Assembly (NCBI GenBank): GCA_012026655.1
Contig: JAAILG010000014.1
Coordinates: 124,001-188,000 of the forward strand
Length of the DNA stretch: 64,000 nucleotides
Reading direction: 5' to 3'
Origin: Hydrolagus affinis
Lineage: Eukaryota
The notes beneath the pieces are model-generated. The model was given only the letters and a program-made list of their open reading frames with translations. It ran no database searches and was not told the origin of the DNA. A program made the translations under genes and the position numbers. The number at the start of each line of letters is the position of its first letter. Position 1 is the stretch's first letter. Below, piece by piece: positions 49,880 to 63,542 of this stretch.

Positions 49880-52401
49880 CCCCCCCCCCCCCCCCTTTCC
49901 GGCACCCACCCCGGCCTTCAACCCCAGAACGCAAAGGGGGAGAGAGATTTATGGAGTTTCAGAGCTGTTTGCAAATATTTGTTAAACCTAATTATTGAGG
50001 AAATGGCACACTTTCTCTTCCCCCCCCCACGCCCAACAAAACAAAGCTGCGCTTGGCAGTGTGACTTGCAGACTCCTAATTTCAGGCTAAGAACAACACT
50101 GAACCTTTTCTTCCCATCATTTCCTACCGCTGTGTTGTACATTTTTAATTCGAAGTTTTTAAGACATGTTTGCAGAGATTTTCCCACATAAGTCATGGAG
50201 GAAACCCACACCGAGAGGGTAACAGAAGTGATTCATGACCTCGAACCTCAGTTTGATGCACATTTGTTATTGAAACACGTTGGGGGCGAGTCGAATAATG
50301 TCACCGAGGTTGCTTGTAATGGGGGAAAGGCCATTAATAAAATTATCAAATGGTTTTTTTTCTTAGCATGTGTTTTTGGTTATCGCCATGAATTCCGCAG
50401 TTTTGTAGAGAGTTTTCTTTTTAAAAAAAAACAAAATGCCACAGAAATTACATTGGGCCATTCCTGGCTCGGTTATTTGGACGCTCTTGTTATTTATGGA
50501 CTGAGTTCTCTGGTTTTCACTTAAAGTAGTTGGGCGGTGGATCCCAAGTCATTAAACAAGTCACCAACCAACCGACACGAGTCAAAAGGATTGGTGAGAT
50601 CAGGGGAGTGTGCACAGGGATGTAGAGTGAGAATAGGGACAGATTCAACAGATAGGACACGACTCGAGAAAACCTATTAAAACACACACAAAAAAACTTC
50701 TAAATTGTTCCTCTTGACTCGCTTTCAACAACTCACAATTATAAATAGCACCTTTTCGGGGGAAGTTTTTTTTAAAAAAAGGAAGAAACGTGTCCAAACG
50801 CGAGGCAGGTAATTTGAGCTACTAAACGTCCTTGCCAGAATGACAGAGGTGGGGAAATCACTTGGTTGGGTGAGATGTGAGATTTGGAGGCCAAGTCCTA
50901 AGACAAGTTAACTGAGAAAGGGGGAGATGGAAAGGGGGAGAAATATAAAGCTTCAAAAAATTTGCGTTTGGGGGAGCGAGCGGGAGTGATGTCTGCTTGA
51001 AACACAAACAGACCGGCCGTGAACTGACAACTCAATCGAAAAGAGACGTGTAACGTTCAGAAAGTGACAGCGCCTGTTAGCCAAGTGTTTGGGAGGGGAA
51101 CGGGAGCACAGATATAAGTTCACACGGTGAGCAATGAAGTGGCAGAACTGGCTGCACTGTAGTTGCACCTAATCCGTGCATGTGATATTGCATGTCTGGT
51201 TCCACACTGAAAGTTCAACATCAGGTTGAAGGCAGAAATAATCGCCGACCCCACTTCTATTATCTCACCTCCTATTTCAACTTAGTGTTTTTTTTAAAAC
51301 AAAACACACACACACACACAAAGTGAGACAGGATCCGTGTCTTGCGGTTGACACGTTTAATGAACGAACTGTAATAATAATTCCCTGTTTGTAGGGAATC
51401 CTTGGGGTTAGGCTAGAGAGCCGGGTTATCCTTCATTGAATTATAAACGGAATTTTAAAACTCCTATTAGCTCAAATCCTATTAGTCTGATGTGATTTCG
51501 AATTGTAAAAAAAAACCATTCGCTCCAAGCGATGTCATCCAAGCCTAATTTATGTTGAATTCTATTGTTTGGCAGCCTGGATCAAATTGCATTTTTTTTT
51601 ACTTATAAACTCCCCCCCCCCCCCTCACCACACACAGTCCAGTAACATTAATTAGGGTTCAGATACACTTTAACTCGATGAGAAAGTTTTATACGAACTC
51701 CCGTGTTGTCCCCGTTTTTGCAGCAAATGCATCCGCGAGGATTATCACTAGCATGGCAGGCAGCACCGGCGCTAAAAACAGCTTCACAAATGGTTCATAA
51801 ACTCATTTGGATACGATTAGCTTAGTGTAAGAGTAGACACGTTTCAAACCCGATCCATTCCCTGGAGTTTGCAACAAACGGATGTGCGTCAAATTAGTGA
51901 GTGGAAACATACCATTATCAAACTTATCGTTTGGCACATATAAAACAACACGTACATAAAAAGAATAGTATTGTGTTTATATGTAGATATACTTAAAAAT
52001 GTGCCACTCCTCTTCCTGCTACAGAAAACACTTCCCAAACTGTGATTCGCATACCGAGCCCACCCACGGGGTTCATTAGACAAGGTTGTCCACATTGTGA
52101 GAGTGACCCAGATGTGGTATATAGGCTTTAAATCTGGGAATGATGTGTTGTTTGGGGGGGGGGGGAGAGAGAAAGAGAACCCTCGATCCTATGGCTACCG
52201 CGAGAGTTTTTTGGTGCAATGTCGCCACTCACAGTCTGAGACCATGTAAACAGGAGATTTAGACACAGAAATATCAAATGAATAATAATAATAATAATCG
52301 TTGCAAGTGATATACCATAAAGTGAATTGACTGTATATTGCGGGCAAAAAATGATACGCACCTTTCACGTCTGCAGGATGTCTCAATGAGCTTCATACAC
52401 C

Positions 52402-52515
52402 TCATAGAATCATAGAATTTTAAGGCACAAAAGAGGCCATTTGGCCCATCTAGTCTGTGCCGGCTCTTTGAAAAGAGCAACTCAATCCCACTGCCCAGCT
52501 CGCTCCCCATAACCT
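52402..52515 (-). mobile_element. CR1 LINE extreme 3' end in intron 2
   Basis: CATAGAATCATAGAAT terminal repeat, then GAGGCCATTTGGCCCATC..GTCTGTGCCGGCTCTTTGAAAAGAGC. Confidence 0.8.
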
Positions 52516-53484
52516 AACAGACCCGTTCTCCCGAAATAAAGATCTCATAGGAAAGCTGAGCTGGAGGGTAGGGGGAGAGGGAATGGGGGAAAATGCTATT
52601 CTTATTGTTAAAGGTTTGGAATGCACAACATATAAAAGATATTGTGCCAATATTGTATTCATTCCTACACATTTTTGACAGTGTGGATAGACCAAGAAAA
52701 AATCCAGAGACCTCAGAGCTTCTGATTTAAACTAAAACTTGTAATAATAATAGTTGTATGTGAGATAGTACCTTCTAGCTCAATCGAGGCATGTCAATGT
52801 CCTTCAAAGAATATACTGTAAATTGAATTGATTGTTTATTTTGCGTCATGGAAGGAGGAATGTATGTAAGCCAGCATAGTTACCTCCAATGTTGTTTTTG
52901 TGGTTTTGTCTTAAAAAAAGATCAACGAGAATATTCGATCATTGTTGCAACTTCCAAATTATGAAAATATTTTTCAGGAGGTTAATTTCCTATCTCAGTC
53001 CTGTGATTAATTCTGCTGGATCGTGCTACTATTCCATTGCTTATTTTTAAAGAAAATTGCTTCCTCTTCCTCTTTATCCTTTGCTTTCCTGGTCTGTAGT
53101 CTTCCGCTCTATCAGTACTTCCTCCCAACATATGGTTTCATCATTTCCTTCATCTTGTAGCTAGCTACAACTTCACAGATTCAGGATTGTCTTGCTCCAT
53201 AGACTTGCCAATTTTCCCCCACAAAGTCACAATCCACAGAGTATTTTTTTGGAGGCATGATAAATAATGTTCAAAAACAACAAAAGTTCTCCCAGAAAAT
53301 AATAGCAAGAGCGGTGTTACTTTGAAGTAAGCTCTGAAAGCTAAGAGGTGATCATTACGATTGGAATATTATCCATTTTTCCAAACAAATTAGCTTGTGA
53401 TCAAGATCAGTTTACAGCAACAATTTCAGTACACATTATTAACATCACCATTATTGAGCACTTGCTATAGATCTGGTGTAATAA

Positions 53485-53851
53485 CAATAATAATCCTTGC
53501 ATTTTATGTAGTGCCTTATCTAGGCATATCCATTTTATGTAGTGAACTGTCTCAAAGTACTTCACAGAATATACTGTAAAGTGAATTGACTTTTTTGTGG
53601 GCGAAATATGGCAATGAAGAGAGCACAACAGCGTCCCACAGACTGTCGTGGATTTTAAGTGACCAATTCATTGTTATTATTATTTTTGAAGGAATTATTA
53701 CCCCCATAAAAGCAATCCACCAATCGAGGAACAACTGAGTTCTGACTTGCTACTAGATAAGCAGAGACATGTGGAGTAAGGAAACTTACCCAAAATTTTG
53801 CCCTGACAGGTCTCTTGATTGTGAGGTAAATGCTCTAACCACTGAGCTACA
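53485..53851 (-). mobile_element. tRNA-head Deu-type SINE, long form, in intron 2
   Basis: Co-linear with the other long copies; ends GCTCTAACCACTGAGCTACAG. Confidence 0.85.
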
Positions 53852-54137
53852 GTACTCATGTATGACATAAAAAATTGGAGAGACAAAAACTTAGGTTATT
53901 TGCTACAGAATTGTTCTTTCAAATGAAGAAACATTTCAAGATAATAATCGTTGCATTTGATATAGCGCCTTATCACGTCGCGCAATTCACACAACATATT
54001 GTAAAATGGAGTGACTTGTATTTTGTGAGCGAAACGCAAAAGATGATTCAAAGGTTCTGGTTTGGTATGTGGTAGGATTCATTTGCAGAAAAGGTGGATC
54101 TTATGCATTAAATTAATTTTTCTGCCTTTTATTTTAG

Positions 54138-54329
54138 GTGGTTCGCCCTTCCAATCATGCAACAATCCAGAGCATCGTCAAAGCTGTTGGGATTATTCCA
54201 GGAATTCCAGAGCCCTGCTGTGTGCCCGACAAAATGAACGCTTTGAGCGTTCTCTTCTTTGACGAGAACAAAAACGTGGTCTTAAAGGTGTACCCCAACA
54301 TGTCAGTGGAGACATGCGCCTGCAGATAG
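54138..54329 (+). CDS. GDF10: GDF10 coding exon 3: C-terminal half of the cystine-knot domain
   Basis: Acceptor tttttctgccttttattttAG at 54137. Encodes [63 protein letters not shown] then TAG. The spliced CDS is 301+887+192=1380 nt (459 aa) with all 7 mature-domain cysteines. VCSRR, CAGACEF, VRPSN, GIIPG, PDKMN and NMSV match GDF10 rather than BMP3. Confidence 0.97.
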   Translation: MVRPSNHATIQSIVKAVGIIPGIPEPCCVPDKMNALSVLFFDENKNVVLKVYPNMSVETCACR

Positions 54330-55277
54330 ACAGAGTGGCTCACAAAGGAAACAAGAAACATATAGAACCTGAACTGCTAAATACAGTATCTGTATTGCCG
54401 TTGTAACACAAGTCAAAGCTGCATCCTGTCTTGTCCAGTTTAGGAACTTGATACCACTTATGTTCCCCTTTCTCTGTCACTATCGAAATGCTCACTTATG
54501 GAGATAAGCAGCAAAGGATAGATTGGGGGTAAAATACCAGGTGTCAATATTTGGAGGACTTTTATCAATTCAGAAAAGCCTTGTGGTCTGTTTACAGCAC
54601 AACCCTGCCTGTTCACCAGACAAATGAAGCAGTGTTACATCACCCACAATATCCCCTCAAAGATAGCAGGGCAGGTTGGGGCTGCATGTGGGATTTAAGC
54701 TTTTCTTGTGCTCTTATTTGTAAAATAATAATAGCAGGAATGCCCGTCTATTTAAGTGTAGATTATACTATATTCTTGTTCTTGGTGTATTGTGTGTGAG
54801 TTCAAATCTTTATTCAGCTTCTCATTTATTTAATACTGATTTGGATTTCTGGTAGCAAATATGGGATTCAGCTTTTGTTAAGAAACAAAAGTGTCAAATA
54901 ATTATAGGGCTTTCCAGAGCACTTGCTTTCTAACCTTAGAACCCCATGAACTAAGCAACTCTCCTAACAGTTGGAGAAAAAAGGTTTTTGCTTGCAAGAA
55001 AAATTCTGGAGAAAAATCTTGGTTAACCAATGGTTGGCTTTATGTAAATTGTAAAAAAAAATCAAAATAGATGCTTTCAAATTAAAATATTGTGATATCT
55101 AACATACAAATGCAAAGTGCTAAAGCTACAATTTTAAAATATGGCACTAACTCAATATCCATAAGAAATGGGAGTCCTTAAAAAAAAATACCTAGACAAT
55201 CTTTTATCCAAGCTTTTCTGTCATCAACTGGATTTCCACTTGCATTTTAGTTTTTTTTAACATTGCATTATGACCAA

Positions 55278-55295
55278 AATAAAAATAAGAATAAA
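55278..55295 (+). promoter_or_regulatory. Candidate GDF10 polyadenylation signals
   Basis: AATAAA at 55278 and 55290, about 950 bp after the stop codon. ATTAAA alternatives lie at 55081 and 55456. Confidence 0.4.
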
Positions 55296-58200
55296 AGATT
55301 CATTCTACCCAAATGTGATGTTGGAAATAATAACATCTATGAATGTATTTTCAGCAATGTGTCAATTCCTGAAAGCATGTTATGTGAAATGTGTGTAGTG
55401 CCCACAGGCTGCCTAAAATAATCTTACAGCTGTAACATGCAAAGTACTTTCAGAAATTAAAAGTTTGAGATTGTACTGAAGTTTCTCACTGACATTGTCA
55501 TTCTTCATCCATGTTTCCCCCCTCCCACCAGGAGTTATTGCATTGCATTCTCTCTCCTCCTCTCTTGAAAAGGTTTCACTATTCCACTGGGATGCAGTTC
55601 CTCATAGTAATTTATGTGTAAGCCGAGACAATTTGTCCTTATCTAACATGCTTCCACATAAACCTTGCAGTGGGTGTACACACATGGCAGTCAGGGATGG
55701 GATCCCACTCGGATATCCCACCAAATCCATGGGTGCAGGGGTTTATTGTACTGATGGTCACTGAGATCAGCTAATTCAGAACAGATGGGAAATCAAATCT
55801 GCAATCTTGTAGCCCGAATAACCCAATGCTTTTATCCATTTGGCCATTGATTGGACACTGGATTATAAGGTTGATGTGTACACAACCTCCTTTTGGAGCT
55901 AAATGTGGAGAGGTGCAGTCTCCAAATACATTGATGAAGGAGGGTCGAATAAAATTACCATTGGAGGGAAAGTCATGGGAATTGCAACTTGGATTTACAA
56001 AGGACCCAAAAAATTGCAATCCTGTCAGTAATGGAATACTTGTCACACTAAACCTAGGGATTTATGTTCTGATACACCTGCAAGGAGATCAGAACAAATG
56101 CACAGGTCAGTGGGATGCACATCTGGCTATTCGCAGGATTCAATAAATAATTCTTGCATTTGCTATAGCACTTATGCTGGCATGTCTAATCACTTCAGAA
56201 CAAACTGCTGCCAAGTGTAGTAACTGTATCTGGTGAAATTAGAAACTGTATTGTGAATCCAAGATGTGACCTCTGAATGTTTGATCCCATTGTGTTTTCT
56301 GTCAGATACTTAATATGCTGCTAATAATGATGGTTAGCATGAATCTTCCTTTTCAGCCATTAGTAAAGCCACCTCCTCTCTGCGTGAGACTGAACCATGT
56401 AGATTAAGGAGGTCCTGTTCAATCCCTGGTTAGTTCTCAGTCAGGTTCACAGTAAGAATGTTGCCTTTCACAAGAGACGTTTGGATGGGGAAGGCACAAT
56501 GATTCATTTCATTTATCTCACTCAACTGTTGTCCCATTTTTACAACGTAAATCTGCTTCTTAAACAAGTCAGGCATACTCACATCACCTCAACCATCCAC
56601 CCCAATTACCTATTCCAGACATTCAATATTTCCTCGTGTCTGTCCTGAAGTTGACCTTTGAAATCCTGAACCCTCTGATCGTCTAAGATGTTTGAAAGTA
56701 TTGTTCTTGCTTTACTTTCTCAATGCCATTTTACAATCTTATATATTTCACAAGATCACCTCTGAGATATTTCCTTTCAAAGGCGAATATCCCGTTTATC
56801 ATTCCTCAGAACTCATTTCTCTGACATTGAGGATCAACCAGCAGCGTGTACCAGTTTTTTTTAAAACTGTCTGGAACACACTTGATTTCAAGTCACTGCC
56901 GTCTGCAGGCAGTATAAAATTTTACATAAAAGAATTAGAAAATTGCACAAAGCTCAAAAAATGGGGCAGCAAAGATTACAGGATTTCTGAAGAGAGCAGA
57001 AATATCAAAGAATTAATGAAGATAATTCAACATGTGTTTCAACAGAAAATATGTACAGACCGGATACATTTTTGAAAAAATTTCACTTTTTTGTAAAACA
57101 AATCCTCAGCAACAAGAAAAAACATTTGTGCAGCCACCCTCAAGGTTTTAATAAAAGCATAAAGGCAGCTACCTCAATAATAGCAGACTCTTAAATCTCT
57201 ATTATTGCATAAATACCAGCTGGATGTAGACTATTGAAGAAAAATTATTTTAAAAAACTATCTTGAAATAGTTGACCAAGAATGTTGGCTGAGTTATACG
57301 CCACTATTCTCCACATGAAATCTTTGGATAATTGCTCCCAATATTATTATGACATAAACCTTGCATTCAATGGTATGTTATATACAGAATTGTTACCCGA
57401 GTGAGTGTGATAAATAAATGCCTTTGCAATCAATAACCTTCAAATCATATCCCATCACCAATCAAGCTTTCAATTGGTTCCGTCAGTTGGGTCACTGGAC
57501 GTCAAAACCTTACTATTCCCAATCAAGGTTGCCAATCGTACCATGAAATTGCAGAAAGAAAACTCAACACTCTCTACTTTCCAGTCTTTGTTTCCCCTCT
57601 GCTGCCTCCGGCAATAAAATGCCAACTTTGAGCCAATGGTTTCAGAGAGAATCGAATTAGAAACTGTGGCTGAATCTTAGGTTACAAAATAAACCGTGGT
57701 ATCTCAAACGGTTTTCCCATCTTGCTTAACTGCCTCCCAGGGACATATTACTTACTACCTAATCATTTCCCAAAGACTGCCTGAAATATTTGAGAACTGA
57801 AGCTGGCAAAACCTATGTTCAGTTAGATTTCACTAATTGAAAACGACAAAGCTTATTTTCACAGAATGTTCATGGGGAGAACAGACACAATTAGATATAA
57901 TCTATACAACCATGCTCAAACTCCTATTTCTGCATAATCCCTCTCCTTCCATCCACCTTTAGACTTCCCAGGGACTCGGTCCACTATCAAATTAGATAGA
58001 TTTCTTTTAGGAAATCATATCTCAGGATACAGTGTAGAGTTTGGGACATGACACATACATGCAACTGCTAGGATGGTGGAAGGCAAACCTTGGTGGGGGA
58101 AGAAAATGTGAGAGAGAGAGAGAGAGAGAGAGCATCTTCTGGAGGATTTCCACTGAAAGAGCCAGACAGGGCCTCAGTCAACCTTTAATCAAAACACAGT

Positions 58201-58967
58201 TTGCTCAGCAATGCAGCTTTATCCTGTTGTAGGGGTAGTATGTAGTATTGTAGATTGTAGTACTGTTTAGCCCAAAGTGAATTCAACAGGCACAGGCTTG
58301 TGATCCGAAGGGAGATTGCAGCGAACTGAGATAAATGACACCTTGATAAGTAAATTAATGCACAACTATAGTAACTCAAGCTTCGCAGCACATCACACAG
58401 GAAAGGGACCAACTCAAAGCCTTTCAACATAGCACTTATCAAGGTCTGCAAATGCATTACCGTCACCACAGATCGTCTATTGCATGGGAATTGATTGCCA
58501 ATTATAGCCTAGGAGGAATGTTTAAGAAACAAAAACCTTCAACTCTGAGCTGCAGAAGACCTGTTGGAGTGCATGGACACAGACTCCCCTGTTCAGCCTT
58601 AGAAGCATAGAGTATATGAATGATAAGTTCTGTGTACATGGACAACCAAGTCTGGCCCTGGTGCACTCTGTGAACTATTGATTACCATTTTTTGAAACTA
58701 CCATTTTAAATATTTCATTCAGGGTTTGGCTGCTATCAGGTCCATCAATATAGTTTGCACCCAGATGGAAAATGCTGACAGTTGTCAAGGGCATATTGAT
58801 CAATAGTACATATTCGATTTCATTGAAATCCGTTAGCTAAGATAGTGAGTGTCAGTGTGGATCCATTTAACAACCTGAGAAACATACAATATAATAATCC
58901 TTACATTCACTATAGTGCTTTTTCCTGTTGTCAAAACTCTCACAGAGATGTGCAGGATTTATTATAT

Positions 58968-59255
58968 TGTCCCCCGACCCATCCGCCTCACCATTGGTGG
59001 ACGAGCCTTTAGCCACTGCGCCCCCAACCTCTGGAACTCCATCCCGCAGTCCCTCCACCTCACCCCCTCCCTGGCCTCCTTCAAGTCCCGCCTCAAAACT
59101 CTCCTCTTCGATGTCCCATCAGCAACTCCTAATCCCCCCCTCCCCACCCACCCCGTCCCCAGCTCGGGTCTGACACGGTGATGTCCAGTGCCTTGGGAAG
59201 TCCCACTGACATGAAAGGCACTATACAAGTGTAATTTTATTGTTTTTGTTGTTGT
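58968..59255 (+). mobile_element. L2 LINE 3' end nested in a minus-strand SINE
   Basis: PRPIRLTIGGRAFSHCAPNLWNSIPQSLHLTPSLASFKSRLKTLLFD is a typical L2 ORF2 C-terminus, followed by the tail CAGTGCCTTGGGA...GAAAGGCACTATACAAGTGTAATTTTA(TTG)n. Confidence 0.88.
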
Positions 59256-62200
59256 GGCTGTACCTTTTGTTAGCAAATGCGGCAGCCAATTCCCACATAG
59301 ACAAGTCCCATCAACAGCCGTGAAGAGAATTGTTGAAGGGTATTGTTGGCCAGAATACCTGGAGAACTTGCTAACTCCTTCACCTTGTTCGTCTTATAAG
59401 GGTAGAGAGAAAATTTGTTTCAAAAGAGTGGGAAAACTGAGGGGTTTGTAACAGACCTGAAAAGTAGATCAGCTTCTGGTCATTGTCCTTAGAATAATCC
59501 AACTCAGACAACATTCAAAACATGGTATGAAAGAATACCCCCAAGCAATACACAGGCAGCTAAAGCTTAGAAATGGAAAGTGGAACAGTGTTACTGGCAG
59601 CACAGGAGAGCCCTCACCATTTAATGCCAGCAAGGGATTGCTATATGTAGCCAGTCAGCACCATTTAGATCTGATATAAATACAACATAAGTTACCAATT
59701 TGGTTTACTTGTAATTATGTTGAGCATTGATAAAACAATGTTTTATTGGCTCTGGGGTCAACGGTAATTTAAACTCAACAACGAGAGTTGTACTAAGACT
59801 TCATTTTACCTTGTGTACAGGACTTAACGGTGTATGCATTTCACTTTATAGAAGCCTGTATTACCTTTACTAAGAATGTACGCATAAGCAACCCAGTTTG
59901 GCAAAGTATCTCTGCTGCAGTATTCAGTGTTAGGATATGATAATAATCCTTATACCTGATGAAGTACTGTACCACATCATCTAGATGTCTCAAAATGTTT
60001 CATGGGATTTTAACATGTAGTACCTGTGGTGATCTGTGTATCTGTGGGTGAACCTGGCAGTCGGTTTGTGTGCAGCAATGTCCCACAATCTGCCATAACG
60101 CAAATCATCATTTATTTGGGGAATTGTTGGCCATTGAATAATCCTCATCATCAGCTTTGTTCAGTTGCTGATAGCACCTTCGCAAATGGAACTTAATGAA
60201 TGAAATGCGATGCAGCACCAAACAATTTCAGTAAGGATTTAAAAATAAATTTATGCTAAAATTGAAATGCTGAACGTAGGAAACAATGGTGGGAAAATTA
60301 AGCCTGCGGAGCAGCTATACTCTGGAAACATTAGTAGAGTACATGTTTTCCTCGACAAACCAAGGTGAAGGAGTAAGACATTGTGGAAGGGTCAGTTGGT
60401 GTCTCTTGGTCTACTATCACAGCCTGACTCAATGCAGTGATGGGGTGGTTTTGTCGTTGTAAATGCCATCCTTCAGATGAGATTGTCTTTTGCTGCCAGT
60501 AACTCTGTTCCATTTCTAAGCTTCAGGTGTCTTTGTATTTCCAAGAGTTATTTTTTCATACTATGTTTTGAATGCTGTCTGAGCTAGATTATTCTAATGA
60601 TAATGACCAGAGACTCTGATCAGAGACTACCTTTCAGGTGTGTTACGTTAACATCTTCCCATTTAGATCCTATTTACTGTTTGAACACAGAATTTCTTCC
60701 AGTGTCTTGGTCAATTATTCCCCAGATAAAATTGTTCCTTGACTCACTTCATGGCTATTTTGGGGGACATTGCTATGTTCAAATTGACTGCTGTGCCACC
60801 TGCAACATATAGTCAAAACACTTCAAAATATATCCCGTGAAGCACTGAGGCATCCTCCTGTCAATATCTAAAGGTGCTACACCAATTACAGTATAAAGGA
60901 GGAAATTTGCAGCATTTGGTCTCAGTCATTAAGCAAGATTGGAAACCAAAATGGAATACTTTTTTTTCAAGTAAATACAATATGTTCATACTTGAACAAA
61001 TATATGGTGGAATGGGGAAAAGGAACAAACATCTCTATATTATGGAGTTATTGGTTGGAGCACTTTGTCTCTCAAGCAAGAGGACCTGGGTTCGTTTCCT
61101 AGGCAGGGTGAAATATTAGGCATGTTTCCTTACTCCACACACTTCCGTTTATCTAGCAGTAAGTTGGAACCCTTCAAAAAATATATTAAGTTGAAGATGA
61201 TCGAAAACTGTCTGTGGGACACTGCTGTGCACAATTGGCTGACATTTTGCCCACAAAATGCAGTCTTTACAGTGAAGCACCATTGTGCAAGAACATTATT
61301 ATATACTGTATATTTATATCCTTGCATAAAAAAAATTCCAACAAAGTAAGGGCTTTCTCTCAGCGGCTAATATAAGAACTCCCATTATTTTAATTCAATT
61401 CCTATTTCAATGTAAAGAGGAACCCCATCATTGTTTTTATCTGGGAATAGGTTAATCGCACATTGATGTTCTTGGCTCTGCAAGCAGAGTTCACATTCTC
61501 CACATGTTACTGAGCGTATTGTGTGGTGAAAATTTCTACTTATTGGAGACAAAGCATCTCAGCTTTTGTGATATTTAATCATGGTAATAAATATGCCCAT
61601 CATTAATCTAAGCTTATGTGTGTCTTAGATTCCCAGCACTGAACCGTTCACTTGAATAGCTAGCCTGGTTCACATTGTTCTCACCCAATATTGTCTCCAC
61701 ACATTGCCTGTCACCGTACAATGATTTAGGTCAGCTTTGTAATCTTCCTTTTCAATATTGCAACACCTGGGTTTGCCAATGACTTCAGAACTGAAGCTCT
61801 ACTGTAGGAAGTAAACCCTTTTTTTTTAGTGGCCTAAACTTTGTTCCAAGTCATCTCCACAATATGCATTGTTCATTCAGAGTAGCACTGTACTCCATTC
61901 GCAGATTTAATGGAAATCTAGTTGAAAACAATTCCCGGCTTGGACCCCCTTCTCTTGCAGGTTCTTTGTGACCTTTCTCCAAAGCATAACTGCAGATTCA
62001 CCTTTTCTCCTGACATTCCCGAGTTAGGTATTAGTTTTGCCTCGCATCAAATAATCAGGCTTACTTAACCACTGAGCATTTTCAAACATCCAAAGGATGA
62101 AGAAATGTAAATATGATTTATTTCTTGAAGTGACTTTTTAAAAAAAAAAATCAGATTTCTTGATTGAACTACAGAAATGCTGCCACAGTATTCAAATGAT

Positions 62201-63219
62201 GCCACAGCCAAAAAAGCTATGAACCTTTCAAATAATAATTACTATAATAATAATCCTTGCATTTATATAGCACCTTACCACATCATTAAGGCATCTCACA
62301 ATGCTTCACATAATATATTGTAAAGTGATTTGACTGTATTTTGTGGGCGAAACATGGCAGCCAATTGCACACAATAGTGTCCCACATACAGTCGTGGAAT
62401 GAATGATCAAATTATTATTATTATTTTTAAGGAATTATTATTCCCACCACATGCCTTTCATAAGTTATAACCTTTAAAGAGCAGGAAAGCATTGTCTGGT
62501 GTATGATCTAACAGAGGAGATGCTTTTAGGGGGACGCAATGCAGGAAGAAAACACTGCAATTGGCCTGAATGCAAATACAGTACTGTATATCAGCCACAA
62601 CTCCCATTCAGATTGATCTGTGGTGACCCCTGCTGGAAACTATACCTCTGTAAACATCCTGAGTTAATCATTTGACCATCTTCATAAAGTAAAGGTTGTG
62701 AGGAATTTTAGTAAATTTTTAAACTCTGTCTTAAGTCGGTTTCATGACTTTAAAACAAAACAGCTGTGCAACTCAGCTTCAAAATTAAGTTGCTATTCAA
62801 GACATTTCTAAACATGTTAGGACAATGGTGCAGAGCCAATTCTGTGAGACAATTCTGACCACAGGCAATGACATTTACTTGTATGGCCAAATTGACTTAT
62901 AGAATTCACCAATTAGTCTTATACATCAACAATGATATGAAGAAAGTAGCCAAAAACAAACCATCACCTTTAGGAGCAGAAGAAATGGGTAAGAGAATTG
63001 AGTGAAGGGCGGGAAGAGGAAATACCTGCTTTAAAACCTACAAAGGGACAAACATTTGTATCACAACATTTGTAACATTGCAAAGAGTATAATGGAACGC
63101 TTAGATTTTTTTCAACGTTGCAAATGTTGCTCTCATTTGAAGCGTTGTTCAATTTTTTCATTTTACACAGTATACAGGTATTCTGTGAAGCTCTTTGAGT
63201 TGTCTTGAAGATACTAATT

Positions 63220-63542
63220 CTAATCCTTGCATTTGATATAGCGCTTTCCACATCTTATTGGAGTCCCAAAGCGCTTCACAGAATATACTGTAAAGTGAAT
63301 TGACTGTATATTTGTGGGCAAATCGTGGCAGCCAAATGCGCACAGCAGTGTCCCACAAACAGTCGTGTATTGAAATGACCAATTTTATTATTGTGGGTTT
63401 TTTTTGGACGGATTATTATTAGGCATGTGGAGTAAGGAAACAAGATTTCACCCTGACCTGCCTGAATTCGAACACAGGTCTCCACAGCTTGGTCTCCCCA
63501 GCTTGCAAGGCAAGTGCTCTAACCACTGAGCCACAGGAGCTC
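63220..63542 (-). mobile_element. tRNA-head Deu-type SINE, short form, full length
   Basis: Same deletion junction as 1040-1366 (GACGGATTATTATTAGGCATGTGGAGTAAGGAAA). Contains a 14-bp duplication GGTCTCC(A/C)CAGCTT in the head. Confidence 0.85.

Noticed and set aside
49369-50191. ORFs spanning the N run
   Set aside because: Their length is an artefact of the 100-N gap.
46467-54329. Calling the gene BMP3
   Set aside because: Diagnostic residues VCSRR, CAGACEF, VRPSN, GIIPG, PDKMN and NMSV fit GDF10. BMP3 has NCARR, CSGACQF, LKPSN, GVVPG, PEKMS and NMTV. A few positions (WSEW, FFDENK) are BMP3-like and probably ancestral.
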